Source: an uncultured Solirubrobacterales bacterium
Lineage (GTDB): Bacteria; Actinomycetota; Thermoleophilia; Solirubrobacterales; 70-9
DNA: 64,000 bases
Reading direction: 5' to 3'
Assembly: GCA_963817065.1 (NCBI GenBank)
Contig: CAWFMO010000002.1
Location: forward strand, 559,745-623,744
The notes under the pieces were generated by a model. That model saw only the letters and a program-made list of their open reading frames with translations. It was not told where the DNA came from and searched no databases. Made by a program: the position numbers and the translations under genes. Below are positions 34,314 to 44,888 of the stretch, piece by piece. Numbering within the stretch: position 1 is the stretch's first letter; each line of letters opens with the position of its first letter.

Positions 34314-36020
34314 TCATGCGACTGGGGTGGGGCTCGGCTTCGGCTCGCGGAGGCGGATCCAGAAGGTGCTGCCCTGCTCGGGTCGCGACTCGACCCCGAT
34401 CTCGCCGCCCATCACGTTGACCATCCTCCTCGCGATCGAGAGCCCGAGGCCGAAGCCCTCGGTCTCGAGCGAGACCGTGCGGCGGTAAAAACGGTCGAAG
34501 ACACGATCCTGCTCCTCGGCGGGAATTCCTGTCCCGGTGTCCTCGACTTCGATCATCACTTGACGGTCTCCCTTCCGACGAGCGCGAAGGGTAACGCTGC
34601 CCGGCGGCGGCGTGTTTTTGTAGGCGTTGGTCAGCAGGCCGATCAGCACCTGCCGGACCAGGACCGGGTCGGCCTGGGCGACCAGGTCGGGGTCGCAGTC
34701 GATCGTCAGGGTGATGCCCTCGGGCGGGGAGACGGCCTCGGCGGCCTCGTCGAAGACGAGCTTCACGTCGACGACCTCGGTCTCGGTCTCGACCCCGGCC
34801 TCGACCCGCGCCAGGGTCAGCAGCGACTGGGTCAGCCGCGTCATCCGCTCGGCGTCGTCGGCGAGCCGGCCGAGGAAGTGGTCGCGTGCCTCGGCGTCGT
34901 CCTTGGCCCCGCCCTGGAGAACCTCGATCGAGCCCGAGATCCCGGCCAGCGGGTTGCGGAGCTCGTGGGCGGCGTTGGAGACGAACTCGCGCTCGGCGAG
35001 CTCGCGGCGCATCTCCTCGGTCCGGTCGCGGGCGACGAGCAGGACCGCGCGCTCGGCGGGGACCCGCCGTCCCTGGACCGCGAAGACCCGCCCGGAGACC
35101 CGCAGCCACGCGTTCTCGGCCGAGCCGTGGTCGGCGGCCTGCTTGAGCGCCAGCCGCAGCTCCGGCAGCGGCGCGCCCCCGGAGATCAGCGGTGCCGCGG
35201 CCGGGTTCGAGAAGCGGACCTCGCCGTCGGCGCCGACGACGATCACCGCCTCGGTCAGCCCGTCGAGGATCGCCGAGAGCCGGTCGCGCTCGGTCGCGAG
35301 CATGTTGAAGCTCTCGCGGAGCGCTTCGCGCATCGAGTCGAGCGCCCGCGCGAGGTCGCCGATCTCATCGCGGCCGCCGGTCGGCAGCGGCTCGTCGAAG
35401 CGCCCCTGTGCCATCCGCCCGGCGCTCTCGGCGAGCCCCTTGACCCGGGTCGCGATCAGGCTCGCGACAGCGAAGCCGATCAGGATGCCGGCGCCGATCG
35501 CGAACGCGAGCGCTGCGAGCGAGTCGCCGCGCAGGTCGTCGATCGAGCGCCGCAGGGCCGCGGGCGGCGTCGTCCGCGTGATCACCGCGCCCTTGATCCC
35601 GTCCGCGCTCAGCACCGGCGCGCCGACGATCGTCACGTCGTCGACGAGGTCGGCCTCGAAGCGGCTGCCGCGCATCGCGCGCGAGATCGCGATCGAGCGC
35701 CGCGGCAGCTCCGAGAACCGGTGGCCGCCGGGGCTCACGTCGGGGGTCAGCAGCTTGCCCTCGCGGCCGACGACCCATGCGTCGAGGTTCTCGGCCGCGG
35801 CGCCCTCGATCGTCTCCTCGATCCCGACCGGAAAGTTCTCGTTGACGCTGTCGGCGAGCCGCACCGTGCGCCCGACCGCGAGCTCGGCCGAGCTCTCCGA
35901 GAGCGTGCGCCCGGATGAGTCGCGGACGAGCAGGTAGACGGCGGCCGCCGTGATCAATCCGACCGCGGCGAAGCAGACCCCGAGCCAGAGCCGCATCCCG
36001 ATCCGTGGACGCCTCGCCAT
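34314..36020 (-). CDS. Sensor histidine kinase (TM-sensor-TM, HAMP, PAS-like, HisKA, HATPase)
   Basis: H-box AAHELRNPLAGISGSIEVL, N-box LLTNAYKNT, G1 VEDTGTGIP, G2 GFGLGLSIARR. Confidence 0.93.
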   Translation of the reverse strand: MARRPRIGMRLWLGVCFAAVGLITAAAVYLLVRDSSGRTLSESSAELAVGRTVRLADSVNENFPVGIEETIEGAAAENLDAWVVGREGKLLTPDVSPGGHRFSELPRRSIAISRAMRGSRFEADLVDDVTIVGAPVLSADGIKGAVITRTTPPAALRRSIDDLRGDSLAALAFAIGAGILIGFAVASLIATRVKGLAESAGRMAQGRFDEPLPTGGRDEIGDLARALDSMREALRESFNMLATERDRLSAILDGLTEAVIVVGADGEVRFSNPAAAPLISGGAPLPELRLALKQAADHGSAENAWLRVSGRVFAVQGRRVPAERAVLLVARDRTEEMRRELAEREFVSNAAHELRNPLAGISGSIEVLQGGAKDDAEARDHFLGRLADDAERMTRLTQSLLTLARVEAGVETETEVVDVKLVFDEAAEAVSPPEGITLTIDCDPDLVAQADPVLVRQVLIGLLTNAYKNTPPPGSVTLRARRKGDRQVMIEVEDTGTGIPAEEQDRVFDRFYRRTVSLETEGFGLGLSIARRMVNVMGGEIGVESRPEQGSTFWIRLREPKPSPTPVA

Positions 36021-36065
36021 GAGGATTTCTTAACACACCCGGTCGCCCGGGGCTCATTCAGCGCT

Positions 36066-37223
36066 TCAGCGTGGGCGCAGCGTGTCGGCGAGGCGGAACC
36101 AGAGCGCCTCGAGCGCGAGCTGCTCGGAGACGTTGATGATCAGCCGCCGGCGGGTGTCGAGCACGAGCTCGACCGCCTCGCGCGCCGCCGGCGGATCGAC
36201 CCCCGCGGCGTCGGAGGCAAGCTGCTCGAGCCGGTCGCGGTTGAAGGCGAGCTCGGGGGCGCCGTCGGCGACCGCGGCGAGGTCCCGGTACCAGGCGCAG
36301 CAGAGCGCGAGCCCGGTGTCGAGGCTCTCGGTGCGCCCGCGGCGCTCGACCCGCTTGATCTGGTCGGTCGCGTCGCGGGGCAGCTTGCCCGAGCGCCGCC
36401 CCTCGCCGACGAGCTCCTTGAGCTCGGCCTCGGCCGCGGCGCCGGCCCGCGCTCCGGCCGCCTCGGCGGTGTCGAGAAGCGCCCGCCAGGGCGAGGGCTC
36501 GGCGTCGGCCCCGGCGACCGGCGCCCGCGCCGCGCGCTCGGCCGCTTCGCGCAGCTCGCGCCCGGGCTCGGTGACGAGCAGCCGCGCGAGCTCGAGATCG
36601 CCGCCCGCGAGACGCGCCGCGGCCGCGAGCTCCTCGCCGGCCGCCTCGGTCCCGCCGCCCGCGAGTGCCGCCTCGATCGCCTCCGGCGGCAGCGGCGCGA
36701 AGTCGACCTCCTGGCAGCGCGACGCGATCGTCGCGAGCAGCAGCTCGGGCTCGGAGCAGAGCAGGATCAGGTGGGCGAACGGGGCGGGCTCCTCGAGCGT
36801 CTTCAAGAGCGCGTTCTGGCTCTCCTCGCGCATCGCCTCGGCCGCCTCGATCACGAACACGCGGTGTTCGCCCTCGAACGGGCGCAGGCTCGCGGCGCCG
36901 ATCACCGACTCGCGGATCTCGTCGACGAGGTGCTGGGCGCCGGGCGGGCGCAGCCAGACGAGGTCGGGGTGCGGCGAGGGATCGGCGCCGGCGCGGCGGC
37001 GCGCCGAGTCGGGGTCGGGCGACTCGGAGGCGAGGATCTCGCCGGCGAACGCGCGCGCGGCGGCGCGCTTGCCCGAGCCCCGCGGGCCGTTGAACAGGTA
37101 CGCGTGGGTCGGTCCCGAGGCGAGCGCGGCGCCGAGCGCGGCGCGGGCGCGCGGCTGCTCGGCGGTCGCCTCGGCGAGCGCCTCCGGGAGATCCCGCGCG
37201 CCGGCGGTCTCGGTCTCAGGCAC
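36066..37223 (-). CDS. holB: DNA polymerase III delta-prime subunit
   Basis: THAYLFNGPRGSGKRAAARAFAGEILA and a HRVFVIEAAEAM clamp-loader box. tmk-holB synteny. Confidence 0.85.
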   Translation of the reverse strand: MPETETAGARDLPEALAEATAEQPRARAALGAALASGPTHAYLFNGPRGSGKRAAARAFAGEILASESPDPDSARRRAGADPSPHPDLVWLRPPGAQHLVDEIRESVIGAASLRPFEGEHRVFVIEAAEAMREESQNALLKTLEEPAPFAHLILLCSEPELLLATIASRCQEVDFAPLPPEAIEAALAGGGTEAAGEELAAAARLAGGDLELARLLVTEPGRELREAAERAARAPVAGADAEPSPWRALLDTAEAAGARAGAAAEAELKELVGEGRRSGKLPRDATDQIKRVERRGRTESLDTGLALCCAWYRDLAAVADGAPELAFNRDRLEQLASDAAGVDPPAAREAVELVLDTRRRLIINVSEQLALEALWFRLADTLRPR

Positions 37224-37812
37224 GCGCGCGAACCTCCTCGACCGCGGCCATGACCCGCTCGTGGACCTCGTTCACCGTGCCCCGGCCGTCGATCACGCGG
37301 ACGCGCTCGGGCTCGGCCTCGGCGATCGCGCGGTAGCCGGCCGCGACGCGCTGCTGGAAGGAGAGCCCCTCGCTCTCGAAGCGGTCCTTGCCCTTGGCGC
37401 GCTTGAACGCGTCCTCGGGCTCGACCCAGATCAGCAGCGTCAGGTTCGGCCAGAGGTCGCCGGTCGCCGCCTCGCAGAGCACGCGCACGGTCGCCATGCT
37501 GCGCTCGCGGCCGGCCCCCTGGTAGGCGACCGAGGAGTCGCTGAAGCGGTCGCAGACCACGTCGCGGCCCCGCTCGAGCGCCGGCTCGATCACCTCCTCG
37601 ACGAGCTGCGCGCGTGCGGCGCAGAAGAGCATCAGCTCCGCCATCCAGCTCAGCGGGCGCTCGGGGTCGGTGAGCAGCTCGCGGATCGCCTCCGAGGACG
37701 GGGTCCCGCCCGGCTCGCGGACGAGGACCGCCTCGTCGCCGAGCTCCTTTGCGAGCAGCTTGGCCTGCGTCGTCTTGCCCGAGCCGTCGATTCCCTCGAG
37801 CGAGATCAGCAT
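37216..37812 (-). CDS. tmk: Thymidylate kinase
   Basis: MLISLEGIDGSGKTTQAKLLAKEL P-loop, then DRFSDSSVAYQG. Confidence 0.93.
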   Translation of the reverse strand: MLISLEGIDGSGKTTQAKLLAKELGDEAVLVREPGGTPSSEAIRELLTDPERPLSWMAELMLFCAARAQLVEEVIEPALERGRDVVCDRFSDSSVAYQGAGRERSMATVRVLCEAATGDLWPNLTLLIWVEPEDAFKRAKGKDRFESEGLSFQQRVAAGYRAIAEAEPERVRVIDGRGTVNEVHERVMAAVEEVRARA

Positions 37813-37825
37813 CCGGCGGCCGCCA

Positions 37826-40192
37826 CTAGCGCTTCGCGGGCGCTTTCTTCTTCTTCTTCGCCGGCGCCTTCTTCTTGGCGCCGTTCTTCGCCTTGCCGGC
37901 CTTGGCGGTCACCTTCTCCGCCTCCTCTGCCGCCGCGCCGTTGCTCGCCCCGGCGGCCTCGAGCGCCTCCTTCTCGGCCTTGGCCTTCTCCTTGGCCTCC
38001 TTGGCGGCCTCGCGCTCCGCCCGCTTGCGCTTCATCTCCTCCATCGAGGGGCAGGCGTCGTTGAAGCAGAGCTTCCACGGCCGGCCGGGCTTGAACTTCT
38101 GGGAGACCGAGACCCGCGGCGTGCGGCCGCAGATCGAGCAGGTGTCCTCGAGCTTGTGGACGTCGTAGAAGCGCGGCTGGGGCATCGGGAAGGTCTGGTC
38201 GCAGGAGCTCGGGTCGCCCTCTTCGGCCTCGGAGTTCCAGCCCGAGCAGCCGACGAACGACTTGCCCGACTTGCGGGCGCGGATCACGCGCAGCATGTGC
38301 GGCGAGCCGTCCTCCTGCTTGCGCCCCGCCTCCTTGCAGACGATGCACGGCCCGAGGATCCGGTCCTCGTCCATCCCGCTCCAGACGAGCTTCGCGAACT
38401 TCCGCCACGGCGCGGCCTCGTCGTCGTCGTCGACGTCGCCGCCCATCTCGTCGTAGGCGGAGCGCAGCATGTCGCGGCTGTCGCCGACGACCTCGTCCTT
38501 GGTCATCTCGCCCTTCGCGATCCGGTCCATCTCCGCCTCCATCTCGGCGGTCATCTCGGCGCCGGCGATCGGCGGGACGTAGGTCTTGAAGCCCTCGTAC
38601 ATCTTGACCCCGGTCTCGCTCGGCTCGGGCGGATTGCCGTGGACGTAGCCGCGGTAGTAGAGCTTCTGGATGATGTCGGCGCGCGTCGCCTTGGTCCCGA
38701 GGCCGCGCTCCTCCATCAGCTCGATCAGCTTGCCCTGCGAGATCCGCGAGGGCGGCTGGGTCTCCTTCGAGATCAGCTCCGGGTCGCCCTCGATCTCGAG
38801 CGTCTGGCCCTCCTCGAGCTTCGGGATCTCGTCGTCGGCGGAGCGCGCGTAGGTGTAGATCCCGGCGTACCCGGGGTCGAGGACGACGGAGCCGCGGACG
38901 AAGTAGCTCTCCGTGCCCGCCTCGATGTCGGCGCGGGTCGACTCGCTGATCATCGGCGGCGAGAAGGTCGCGAGGAAGCGGCGCGCGATCAGCTCGTAGA
39001 CCTTGCGGTGGGCGTCGCTGCGCGCCTCGAGCCGCTTCGGGTTGACGGCCTGGGTCGGGTAGATCGGCGGGTGGTCGGTGGTCTCCTTCTTGCCCTTGGT
39101 CGGCTCGAGCGGCTTGTCGAGCAGCCCCTTCGCGGCCGAGAAGTCCTCGATCTCGACCAGCGAGGTGACGAGCTCCTTGAGCGGCAGCGAGGCCGGGTAA
39201 ACGGTGTTGTCGGTCCGCGGGTAGGAGACATAGCCGTCCATGTAGAGGTCCTCGGCGAGCCGCATCGCGCGCGCCGGCGTGATCCCGAGCCGGCTCGACG
39301 CGTCGGTGGTGAAGGCGGTGGTGTTGAGCGGCGTCGGCGGCTTCCGCGTCTGCTTGCGGGCCTTGATCCCGGTCACCGTGCCGGGGCTCTTCGTGCCCTC
39401 GATCGCCGCCTTCGCCTCGGCCTCCTTCCAGAACTTGTCGGTCGCGTGATGGGCCTCGAACGAGCCGTCGGGATGGGCGAAGGTGGCGACGATCTCCCAG
39501 AACGGTTCCGGCACGTGGGCGCGGCGCTCGAGCTCGCGCTCGACGATCAGGCCAAGGGTCGGGCTCTGGACGCGGCCGACCGAGAGGAAGTTGGAGCCGA
39601 AGCGGCGCGTCGCGCGCGAGACCGCGCGGGTCAGTGTCGCGCCCCAGATCAGGTCGATGTCCTGGCGCGCGGCGCCGGCGTTGGCGAGCGGCATCGAGAG
39701 CTCGTCGAGGTTGTCGAAGGCGCGGGAGATCTCCTCCTTGGTCAGCGCCGAGTAGCGGGCGCGCTTGATCGCGGTCCCGTCGGTGTGGACGCCCTCGGAG
39801 GTCCCGAGCTCGGGGTTCGACTCGACGATCTCCTGCAGCGCCTCGAGCCCGATCAGCTCTCCCTCGCGGTCGAAGTCGGTCGCGATGATCAGGTCGTCGG
39901 CGTCCTTGGCGACCTTCTTCAGCGCCTTGACGACGTTCTTGTCGGTCGGCTCCTTGATCAGCGGCGCGTCGATCAGCGATCGGGGATCGGTCTTCTGCCA
40001 GTTGTTGAACTCCTCGGGGAACGCGGGGTTGAGGACGTGGCCTTTGAGCCCGATCGTCATCTGATCGCCGCCCTCGTCCTTCCAGACGTAGTAGGGCGTG
40101 CGGAAGCTCGCGTCCTCCTTGGCGCTGCCGCCGGAGAGGATCTCGGCGATCTTCTTGGCGCTGTTGTTCTTCTCTGTGACTATCAGTCGCAT
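37826..40192 (-). CDS. topA: DNA topoisomerase I (type IA) with Zn-ribbons and Lys-rich tail
   Basis: Start moved to ATG 40190-40192 (MRLIVTEKNNSAKKIAEIL, Toprim). Also DFDREGELIG, SYPRTDN, Cys4 ribbons, and the C-terminal AKKKAPAKKKKKAPAKR. Confidence 0.95.
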   Translation of the reverse strand: MRLIVTEKNNSAKKIAEILSGGSAKEDASFRTPYYVWKDEGGDQMTIGLKGHVLNPAFPEEFNNWQKTDPRSLIDAPLIKEPTDKNVVKALKKVAKDADDLIIATDFDREGELIGLEALQEIVESNPELGTSEGVHTDGTAIKRARYSALTKEEISRAFDNLDELSMPLANAGAARQDIDLIWGATLTRAVSRATRRFGSNFLSVGRVQSPTLGLIVERELERRAHVPEPFWEIVATFAHPDGSFEAHHATDKFWKEAEAKAAIEGTKSPGTVTGIKARKQTRKPPTPLNTTAFTTDASSRLGITPARAMRLAEDLYMDGYVSYPRTDNTVYPASLPLKELVTSLVEIEDFSAAKGLLDKPLEPTKGKKETTDHPPIYPTQAVNPKRLEARSDAHRKVYELIARRFLATFSPPMISESTRADIEAGTESYFVRGSVVLDPGYAGIYTYARSADDEIPKLEEGQTLEIEGDPELISKETQPPSRISQGKLIELMEERGLGTKATRADIIQKLYYRGYVHGNPPEPSETGVKMYEGFKTYVPPIAGAEMTAEMEAEMDRIAKGEMTKDEVVGDSRDMLRSAYDEMGGDVDDDDEAAPWRKFAKLVWSGMDEDRILGPCIVCKEAGRKQEDGSPHMLRVIRARKSGKSFVGCSGWNSEAEEGDPSSCDQTFPMPQPRFYDVHKLEDTCSICGRTPRVSVSQKFKPGRPWKLCFNDACPSMEEMKRKRAEREAAKEAKEKAKAEKEALEAAGASNGAAAEEAEKVTAKAGKAKNGAKKKAPAKKKKKAPAKR

Positions 40193-40265
40193 TTGGCCGG
40201 CGAGGGTAGCAAGGCCCTCAGAGCACCCCTTTGGGTACCCATGCTCGCGGGTAGAGTCCGCCGCC

Positions 40266-41213
40266 GTGAAAGCCGTGGTCACAGGAGGGGCGGGATTCAT
40301 CGGATCCCACCTCGTTGACGCGTTGGCCGAGCGTGGCCACGAGGTGCTCGTTCTCGACGATTTGTCCACCGGGAGGCGCGAAAACCTCGAATCGGCGCTC
40401 GCCGCGGGCGATCTCGTGCGGCTTCAGGAAATCAACGTCTCCGACGCCGAGGCGACCGCGGAGGCCGTCGCCACCCACGAGCCCGAGGCGATCTTCCACC
40501 TCGCGGCGCAGATCGACGTCCGCGTCTCGGTCGCCGACCCGGGGTTCGACGCGCGCCTCAACGTGGTCGGGACCGTGAACATGCTCGAGGCGGCCCGCCG
40601 CGCCGGCGTCCCCCGCTTCGTCTTCAGCTCGACCGGCGGTGCGATCTACGGCGAGGGCGAGGGGCGAAAGCTCCCGTTCGTCGAGGACGAGCCCTGCGAG
40701 CCGGACTCCCCGTACGGCCAGGGCAAGTTCGCCGCCGAGGGCTACCTCGACCTCTACCGCCGCATGCACGCGGTCGGCGCGACCGCGCTGCGGCTCGGGA
40801 ACGTCTACGGCCCGCGCCAGGACCCGCGCGGCGAGGCGGGCGTGATCGCGATCTTCGCCGGGCTCGCCCACGGGGGCGGGCGGCCGACCGTGTTCGGCGA
40901 CGGCCGCCAGACCCGGGACTACATATATGTAGGGGACGTGGTCACGGCCCTGCTCGCGGCGAGCGGCGCCCAGGCGCCGGGGCCGTTCAACGTCGGCACC
41001 GGGGTCGAGACCGACGTGCTCCGCCTCGCCCGGCTTATCGGCGATCTCGCCGGGCGCGATGACTTCGAGCCCGAGCAGGCCCCGCCGCGAACCGGCGAGG
41101 TCCAGCGCACCGCGCTCGACCCGACCCGCGCCGAGCGCGAGCTCGGCTGGCGCCCGGTCGTCGAGCTCGAGCAGGGGCTCGAGCAGACCGTCGCCGCGCT
41201 CGATCCGGGATAA
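40266..41213 (+). CDS. NAD-dependent sugar epimerase/dehydratase (UDP-glucose 4-epimerase-like)
   Basis: GTG start gives VKAVVTGGAGFIGSHLVDAL. YGQGKFAAE is the YxxxK motif. The upstream part of the track ORF is antisense to topA. Confidence 0.9.
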   Translation: MKAVVTGGAGFIGSHLVDALAERGHEVLVLDDLSTGRRENLESALAAGDLVRLQEINVSDAEATAEAVATHEPEAIFHLAAQIDVRVSVADPGFDARLNVVGTVNMLEAARRAGVPRFVFSSTGGAIYGEGEGRKLPFVEDEPCEPDSPYGQGKFAAEGYLDLYRRMHAVGATALRLGNVYGPRQDPRGEAGVIAIFAGLAHGGGRPTVFGDGRQTRDYIYVGDVVTALLAASGAQAPGPFNVGTGVETDVLRLARLIGDLAGRDDFEPEQAPPRTGEVQRTALDPTRAERELGWRPVVELEQGLEQTVAALDPG

Positions 41214-41258
41214 GACCCCGCCAAGGCGCCCCCGGACGCGTAGCGGAGGAGGCGCCGT

Positions 41259-43403
41259 TTATGGAGGCGTGCCGAACGCGGTCGGCGAGAGCTGCGCGGG
41301 AACCTCGGAGACAAACAGCAGTCCGGCGGACTTCTCGGGATCGGTCGCGAAGCTCAGCGGCTCGGCCTCGATCCGCTTCTGGACCGCGATGCTCGCGAGC
41401 CGGTAGTCGCCGAGCGCGTTCTCGGCCTCGACCAGGCGGTCCCAGACGCGGTAATTGTCCGGCTGGACGCGCGCCGCCTCGAACAGCAGCTCCTGGGCCT
41501 TGCCGATCTGAACGAGGCGGACCTGGAGGTCGGCGGCGACGAACAGCGCCTGCTCGTCGAGCGGGTTCAGCCGCCGCGCGAGCTCGGCCTTCTGCGCGGC
41601 GTCCTTGATCGCCTCGGGGTCGGTGCCCGCGGCCTCGGCTTCCGCCTGGGCTTCGAGCCGCTTGTCCTCGGCCGCCGCCGGCAGCGCCGCCGAGACCGCG
41701 ATCGCCGCGGCGAGCAGCGCCGAGGCGGCCGCGACCGGCACCGCGAGCCCGGGCTTTGCCTTTCGGCGCGTGCCCCCGCGCTTCGGCGGCGGATCGAACC
41801 AGGCGCGAGTGCCGCCGAACGGCGTCGCCGCGATCGCCGCCGCGGCCAGCGCCGGCAACGTGACCGCGGGGATCTCCCAGTCCCAGTCGTAGAGGCAGTG
41901 GACCGCCCACGCGGCGGCGATCGCGCAGAGGACGAGCCGCGCCTCGCGCTCGCGGCCGCTCGAGCGGAGCGTCGTCCGGACCGCGGCGGCGCCGAGCAGC
42001 CCGAGACCGCCGAGCGCGATCAGCGCCCCGATCAGCCCGCCCTCGGCGAGAAACTGGAGCGGCACGTCGTGGGCCGAGCGGACCTGGGTCACCGACTCGC
42101 GGTAGCGGTCGTGGATCAGCGGGAACGAGCCCGCGCCCCAGCCCGCGACGGGGCGATCGAAGAACGCGCCCTCGGCCTCGTTCCACCAGCTCCAGCGATT
42201 CGAGCCGCTCGAGGAGAGCAGCCGGCCGGGGTCGTTTGCGGTCACCGTCGCCGACTCGCGGAACTCGTTCCACTCCTTCGAGGGCCCGGAGATCGCCAGC
42301 GCGACGAGTCCGGCGAGCACGAGCGCGATCGCCGTGCCGGCAAGCGCGCGCCAGGTCTTGCGGCTGCGCTCGGCGCTCCACCCGACCCGTCCCTCGGCCG
42401 AGATCAGCACGCTGCCGAGCCCGGCGACGGCGGCCAGCGAGACCAGCAGGACGACGAAGACGATCGCGCCCTCGAGCTCGCGGTCGGAGGCGATCACGTT
42501 GTCGCGGGTCAGCGGATCGAGCGAGAAGGCGAGCGCGACGGTCGGGATCGCCCCGAGGACCCCGGCGCCGGCGGTGGCGAGCCGGCGCAGGCGCTCGGGC
42601 CCCGGGGCGGCCGCGACGAGGACCGCGACCGCGACCACGAGGGCGACCACCGCGCCGCGAGAGAGCGTCAGCGCCGTAGCCACCAGCAGCAGCGTCAGGA
42701 CGCAGAGCGCCCCGATCCGCAGCCGCCGCGACCGCGATCGGTCCGAGGCCGCCCAGATGCAGCCCGGGGTCGCGATCACGAACAGCAGCCCGAGCGCGTT
42801 CCAGTAGCCGAGCGGCTCGCGCAGGCGGGCGAAGATCTCCGTCTGGTCGAAGTCCACCGGCCCGATCGAGACCGTCGGTAAGAGCTTGCCGGCGAGCGCG
42901 TAGAGCGCGACCGCGACCACGAGCGCGGTCAGCGACGCGATCGCCAGCTCCGGAGCCCGGCGGACGGCGGGCGCGGCGACGAGCACGACGGCGACGAGCG
43001 CCGCGTAGGAGGCGGCGCGGTTGGCGGCGAGCCAGCCCTGGTCGGGGGCGATCGACCAGCCGACGCTGAGCGCGCTATAGAAAGCGAACAGCGCCAGCAG
43101 CCCGACCCCCGCCCAAGCGAGCGGCGAGCGCGCGGCCCCGAGCGTGCCCGAGGCGAGCCCGAGCCCGGCGAGCAGCAGCGCCGCGGCGATCCCGTATTCG
43201 GTCCGGCTCTGCTCGGGGATCGTCGTCGCGCCGCCGGCGAACGCGGCGTAGGCGATGCACGCGAGAACCGCGGCGAGCACCCAGCCCGCGTAGCCCGGCG
43301 CGCGCAGCGCCGGCCCGACCCGCTCGAGCGATGGCAGGATCCGGTCCTGGAAGAAGTCCGGACGCGGGTCGGACGCGGTGGCGCTCTGCGAGGAACCCTC
43401 CAT
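41259..43403 (-). CDS. O-antigen ligase/polymerase-like polytopic membrane protein with C-terminal TPR-like domain
   Basis: 714 aa with about 12 TM helices and a large periplasmic loop. The C-terminal helical repeats (...LNPLDEQALFVAADLQVRLVQIGKAQELLFEAARVQPDNYRVWDRLVEAE...) are TPR-like. Confidence 0.72.
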   Translation of the reverse strand: MEGSSQSATASDPRPDFFQDRILPSLERVGPALRAPGYAGWVLAAVLACIAYAAFAGGATTIPEQSRTEYGIAAALLLAGLGLASGTLGAARSPLAWAGVGLLALFAFYSALSVGWSIAPDQGWLAANRAASYAALVAVVLVAAPAVRRAPELAIASLTALVVAVALYALAGKLLPTVSIGPVDFDQTEIFARLREPLGYWNALGLLFVIATPGCIWAASDRSRSRRLRIGALCVLTLLLVATALTLSRGAVVALVVAVAVLVAAAPGPERLRRLATAGAGVLGAIPTVALAFSLDPLTRDNVIASDRELEGAIVFVVLLVSLAAVAGLGSVLISAEGRVGWSAERSRKTWRALAGTAIALVLAGLVALAISGPSKEWNEFRESATVTANDPGRLLSSSGSNRWSWWNEAEGAFFDRPVAGWGAGSFPLIHDRYRESVTQVRSAHDVPLQFLAEGGLIGALIALGGLGLLGAAAVRTTLRSSGREREARLVLCAIAAAWAVHCLYDWDWEIPAVTLPALAAAAIAATPFGGTRAWFDPPPKRGGTRRKAKPGLAVPVAAASALLAAAIAVSAALPAAAEDKRLEAQAEAEAAGTDPEAIKDAAQKAELARRLNPLDEQALFVAADLQVRLVQIGKAQELLFEAARVQPDNYRVWDRLVEAENALGDYRLASIAVQKRIEAEPLSFATDPEKSAGLLFVSEVPAQLSPTAFGTPP

Positions 43404-43444
43404 GACAGGGGCGCACGATAGTCACCCTGGCTAAGCTGCGACCG

Positions 43445-44074
43445 ATGCGCAACTGGAAATGGCTGCTCGCCGTCGCGGGACTGGCGACCATGCTGGCGCT
43501 GCCGGCCTCAGCCTCGGCGGCATCGCTGCAGACGATCTACAGGGACTTCGCCAAGGACGGGAAGATCGGCACCTGCACCTATACCGCCGCCGACCTCCAG
43601 AACGCGCTCGACTCGGTGCCGACCGACATCGCCCAGTACGACCCGCGCTTCGTCGACCAGCTCAACCGGGCGCTCGAGGCGCGCTCCTCGGGCCAGTGCG
43701 GCGGCGGCGGCGACCCGGGAACCGCGGTGACCCCCGGCGGCGGCTCGGTCGGTGGATCGACCAGCCTCCCGCCGGCCGGGATCGCCCCCGGCGGGCTCGG
43801 CGACGTCGCCCCCGACGGCGCGCCGAAGCCGGCCGGCGTGCCGGTCAACGTCGAGCCGATCGAGGCCCAGACCCTCGACGCGAACCTCGATCCCGACCGC
43901 GGCTTCCCGCTCGCGCTGGCTTTGCTCGGCGGCGTCGTCGCGCTCGTCCTGCTCGGAGTCGGCGGGCTGGCGCTCGCGCAGCGGCGCGGCTGGGACCCGG
44001 CGAGCGGATTCGACCGATTTGCAGGCAAGCTGCGCGGATTGGGCTCCGGCCTGCGCGCCAAGCTGGCCCGCTAG
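43445..44074 (+). CDS. Secreted/anchored hypothetical protein (signal peptide, Gly/Pro-rich region, C-terminal TM helix)
   Basis: [25 protein letters not shown]; TM segment [25 protein letters not shown]. Confidence 0.65.
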   Translation: MRNWKWLLAVAGLATMLALPASASAASLQTIYRDFAKDGKIGTCTYTAADLQNALDSVPTDIAQYDPRFVDQLNRALEARSSGQCGGGGDPGTAVTPGGGSVGGSTSLPPAGIAPGGLGDVAPDGAPKPAGVPVNVEPIEAQTLDANLDPDRGFPLALALLGGVVALVLLGVGGLALAQRRGWDPASGFDRFAGKLRGLGSGLRAKLAR

Positions 44075-44076
44075 GC

Positions 44077-44103
44077 CGACCGCCGCGGTCGCGTAGGCTT
44101 TTT
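44077..44103 (+). terminator. Weak candidate terminator
   Basis: CGACCG-CCG-CGGTCG hairpin, then a TTTTT run 7 nt later. Confidence 0.3.
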
Positions 44104-44187
44104 CTGATGCCAGCCCAGGCCTTCGAAGGAAAGCCGTGCGTCTGCCAGTTCCGCAAGGGGACCTGCGACCAGACCTGCGTGCGCGAG

Positions 44188-44856
44188 ATGCTCGCGACCC
44201 CGGTCTACGTCGCCTGCCTGATGCTCAAGCGCCGTCGTTGCCTGGTCGTCGGCGGCGGCGAGATCGGGCTCGAGAAGGTCGAGGGTCTGCTCGCCTGCGG
44301 CGGCGACGTCGTCCTCGTCGCCCCGGAAGCGGTCCCCGAGCTCGCCGAGTACGCCCGCGAGGGCTCGATCGAGTGGGAACAGCGCCGCTACGAACACTCA
44401 GACCTCGAGGGCGCGTTCCTCGCGATCGCCGCCACCTCGGACACCGACGTCAACATCTCCGTCTACGAGGAGGCCGAGCGCCGCGCGATGCTCGTCAACG
44501 TCGTCGACGTGCCGCCGCTCTGCAACTTCATCCTCCCCGCGATCGTCCGCACCGGCCCGCTCGCGATCGCGATCTCGACCCAGGGCGCCTCGCCGGCGCT
44601 CGCCAAGCGGATCAAGAGCGAGATCGCCGACAGCTTCGGCGAGCCCTACGCGCGGCTCGCGGTGATGCTCAACGACGTCCGCGGCTGGGCCAAGGGCACG
44701 CTCCCGACATACCAGGACCGCAAAGAGTTCTTCGAGGGGATCGTCAACGGCGAGCCCGACCCAATCGAGCTGCTGCGTGAAGGCCGCGAGGACGAGGTCT
44801 TGGCGCTGATCGACGCCGCCCAGCAGCGCCACGGCGGCGCGGTCCCGGCGAGCTAG
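44188..44856 (+). CDS. sirC: Precorrin-2 dehydrogenase / sirohydrochlorin ferrochelatase (siroheme synthase N-domain type)
   Basis: [20 protein letters not shown] Rossmann motif, then [40 protein letters not shown]. Start could also be ATG 44107. The 5' part of the track ORF 43459..44856 is an out-of-frame overlap. Confidence 0.85.
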   Translation: MLATPVYVACLMLKRRRCLVVGGGEIGLEKVEGLLACGGDVVLVAPEAVPELAEYAREGSIEWEQRRYEHSDLEGAFLAIAATSDTDVNISVYEEAERRAMLVNVVDVPPLCNFILPAIVRTGPLAIAISTQGASPALAKRIKSEIADSFGEPYARLAVMLNDVRGWAKGTLPTYQDRKEFFEGIVNGEPDPIELLREGREDEVLALIDAAQQRHGGAVPAS

Positions 44857-44888
44857 CTTGATCGGATGGCTGGGGTGTTGGAATCGCC

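Noticed and set aside
37826-37910. Lys-rich C-terminal tail of TopA (AKKKAPAKKKKKAPAKR) as another member of the polybasic-tail family
   Set aside because: TopA is cytoplasmic with no signal peptide. Its tail lacks the Cys pair, and Lys-rich DNA-binding tails are a known feature of actinobacterial topoisomerase I.
36082-40318. Plus-strand ORFs 36082..38064 (660 aa) and 37670..40318 (882 aa)
   Set aside because: Antisense to holB, tmk and topA. Ser/Ala/Arg low-complexity sequence.
41035-42381. Minus-strand 448-aa ORF and several plus-strand ORFs over 41.2-43.4 kb
   Set aside because: Alternative frames of the O-antigen-ligase-like gene. Arg/Gly/Pro-rich with no TM pattern.
43459-44187. The 5' two-thirds of the 465-aa ORF 43459..44856
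   Set aside because: Out-of-frame overlap of the signal-peptide protein 43445..44074. The siroheme-synthase-like homology begins only near 44188.
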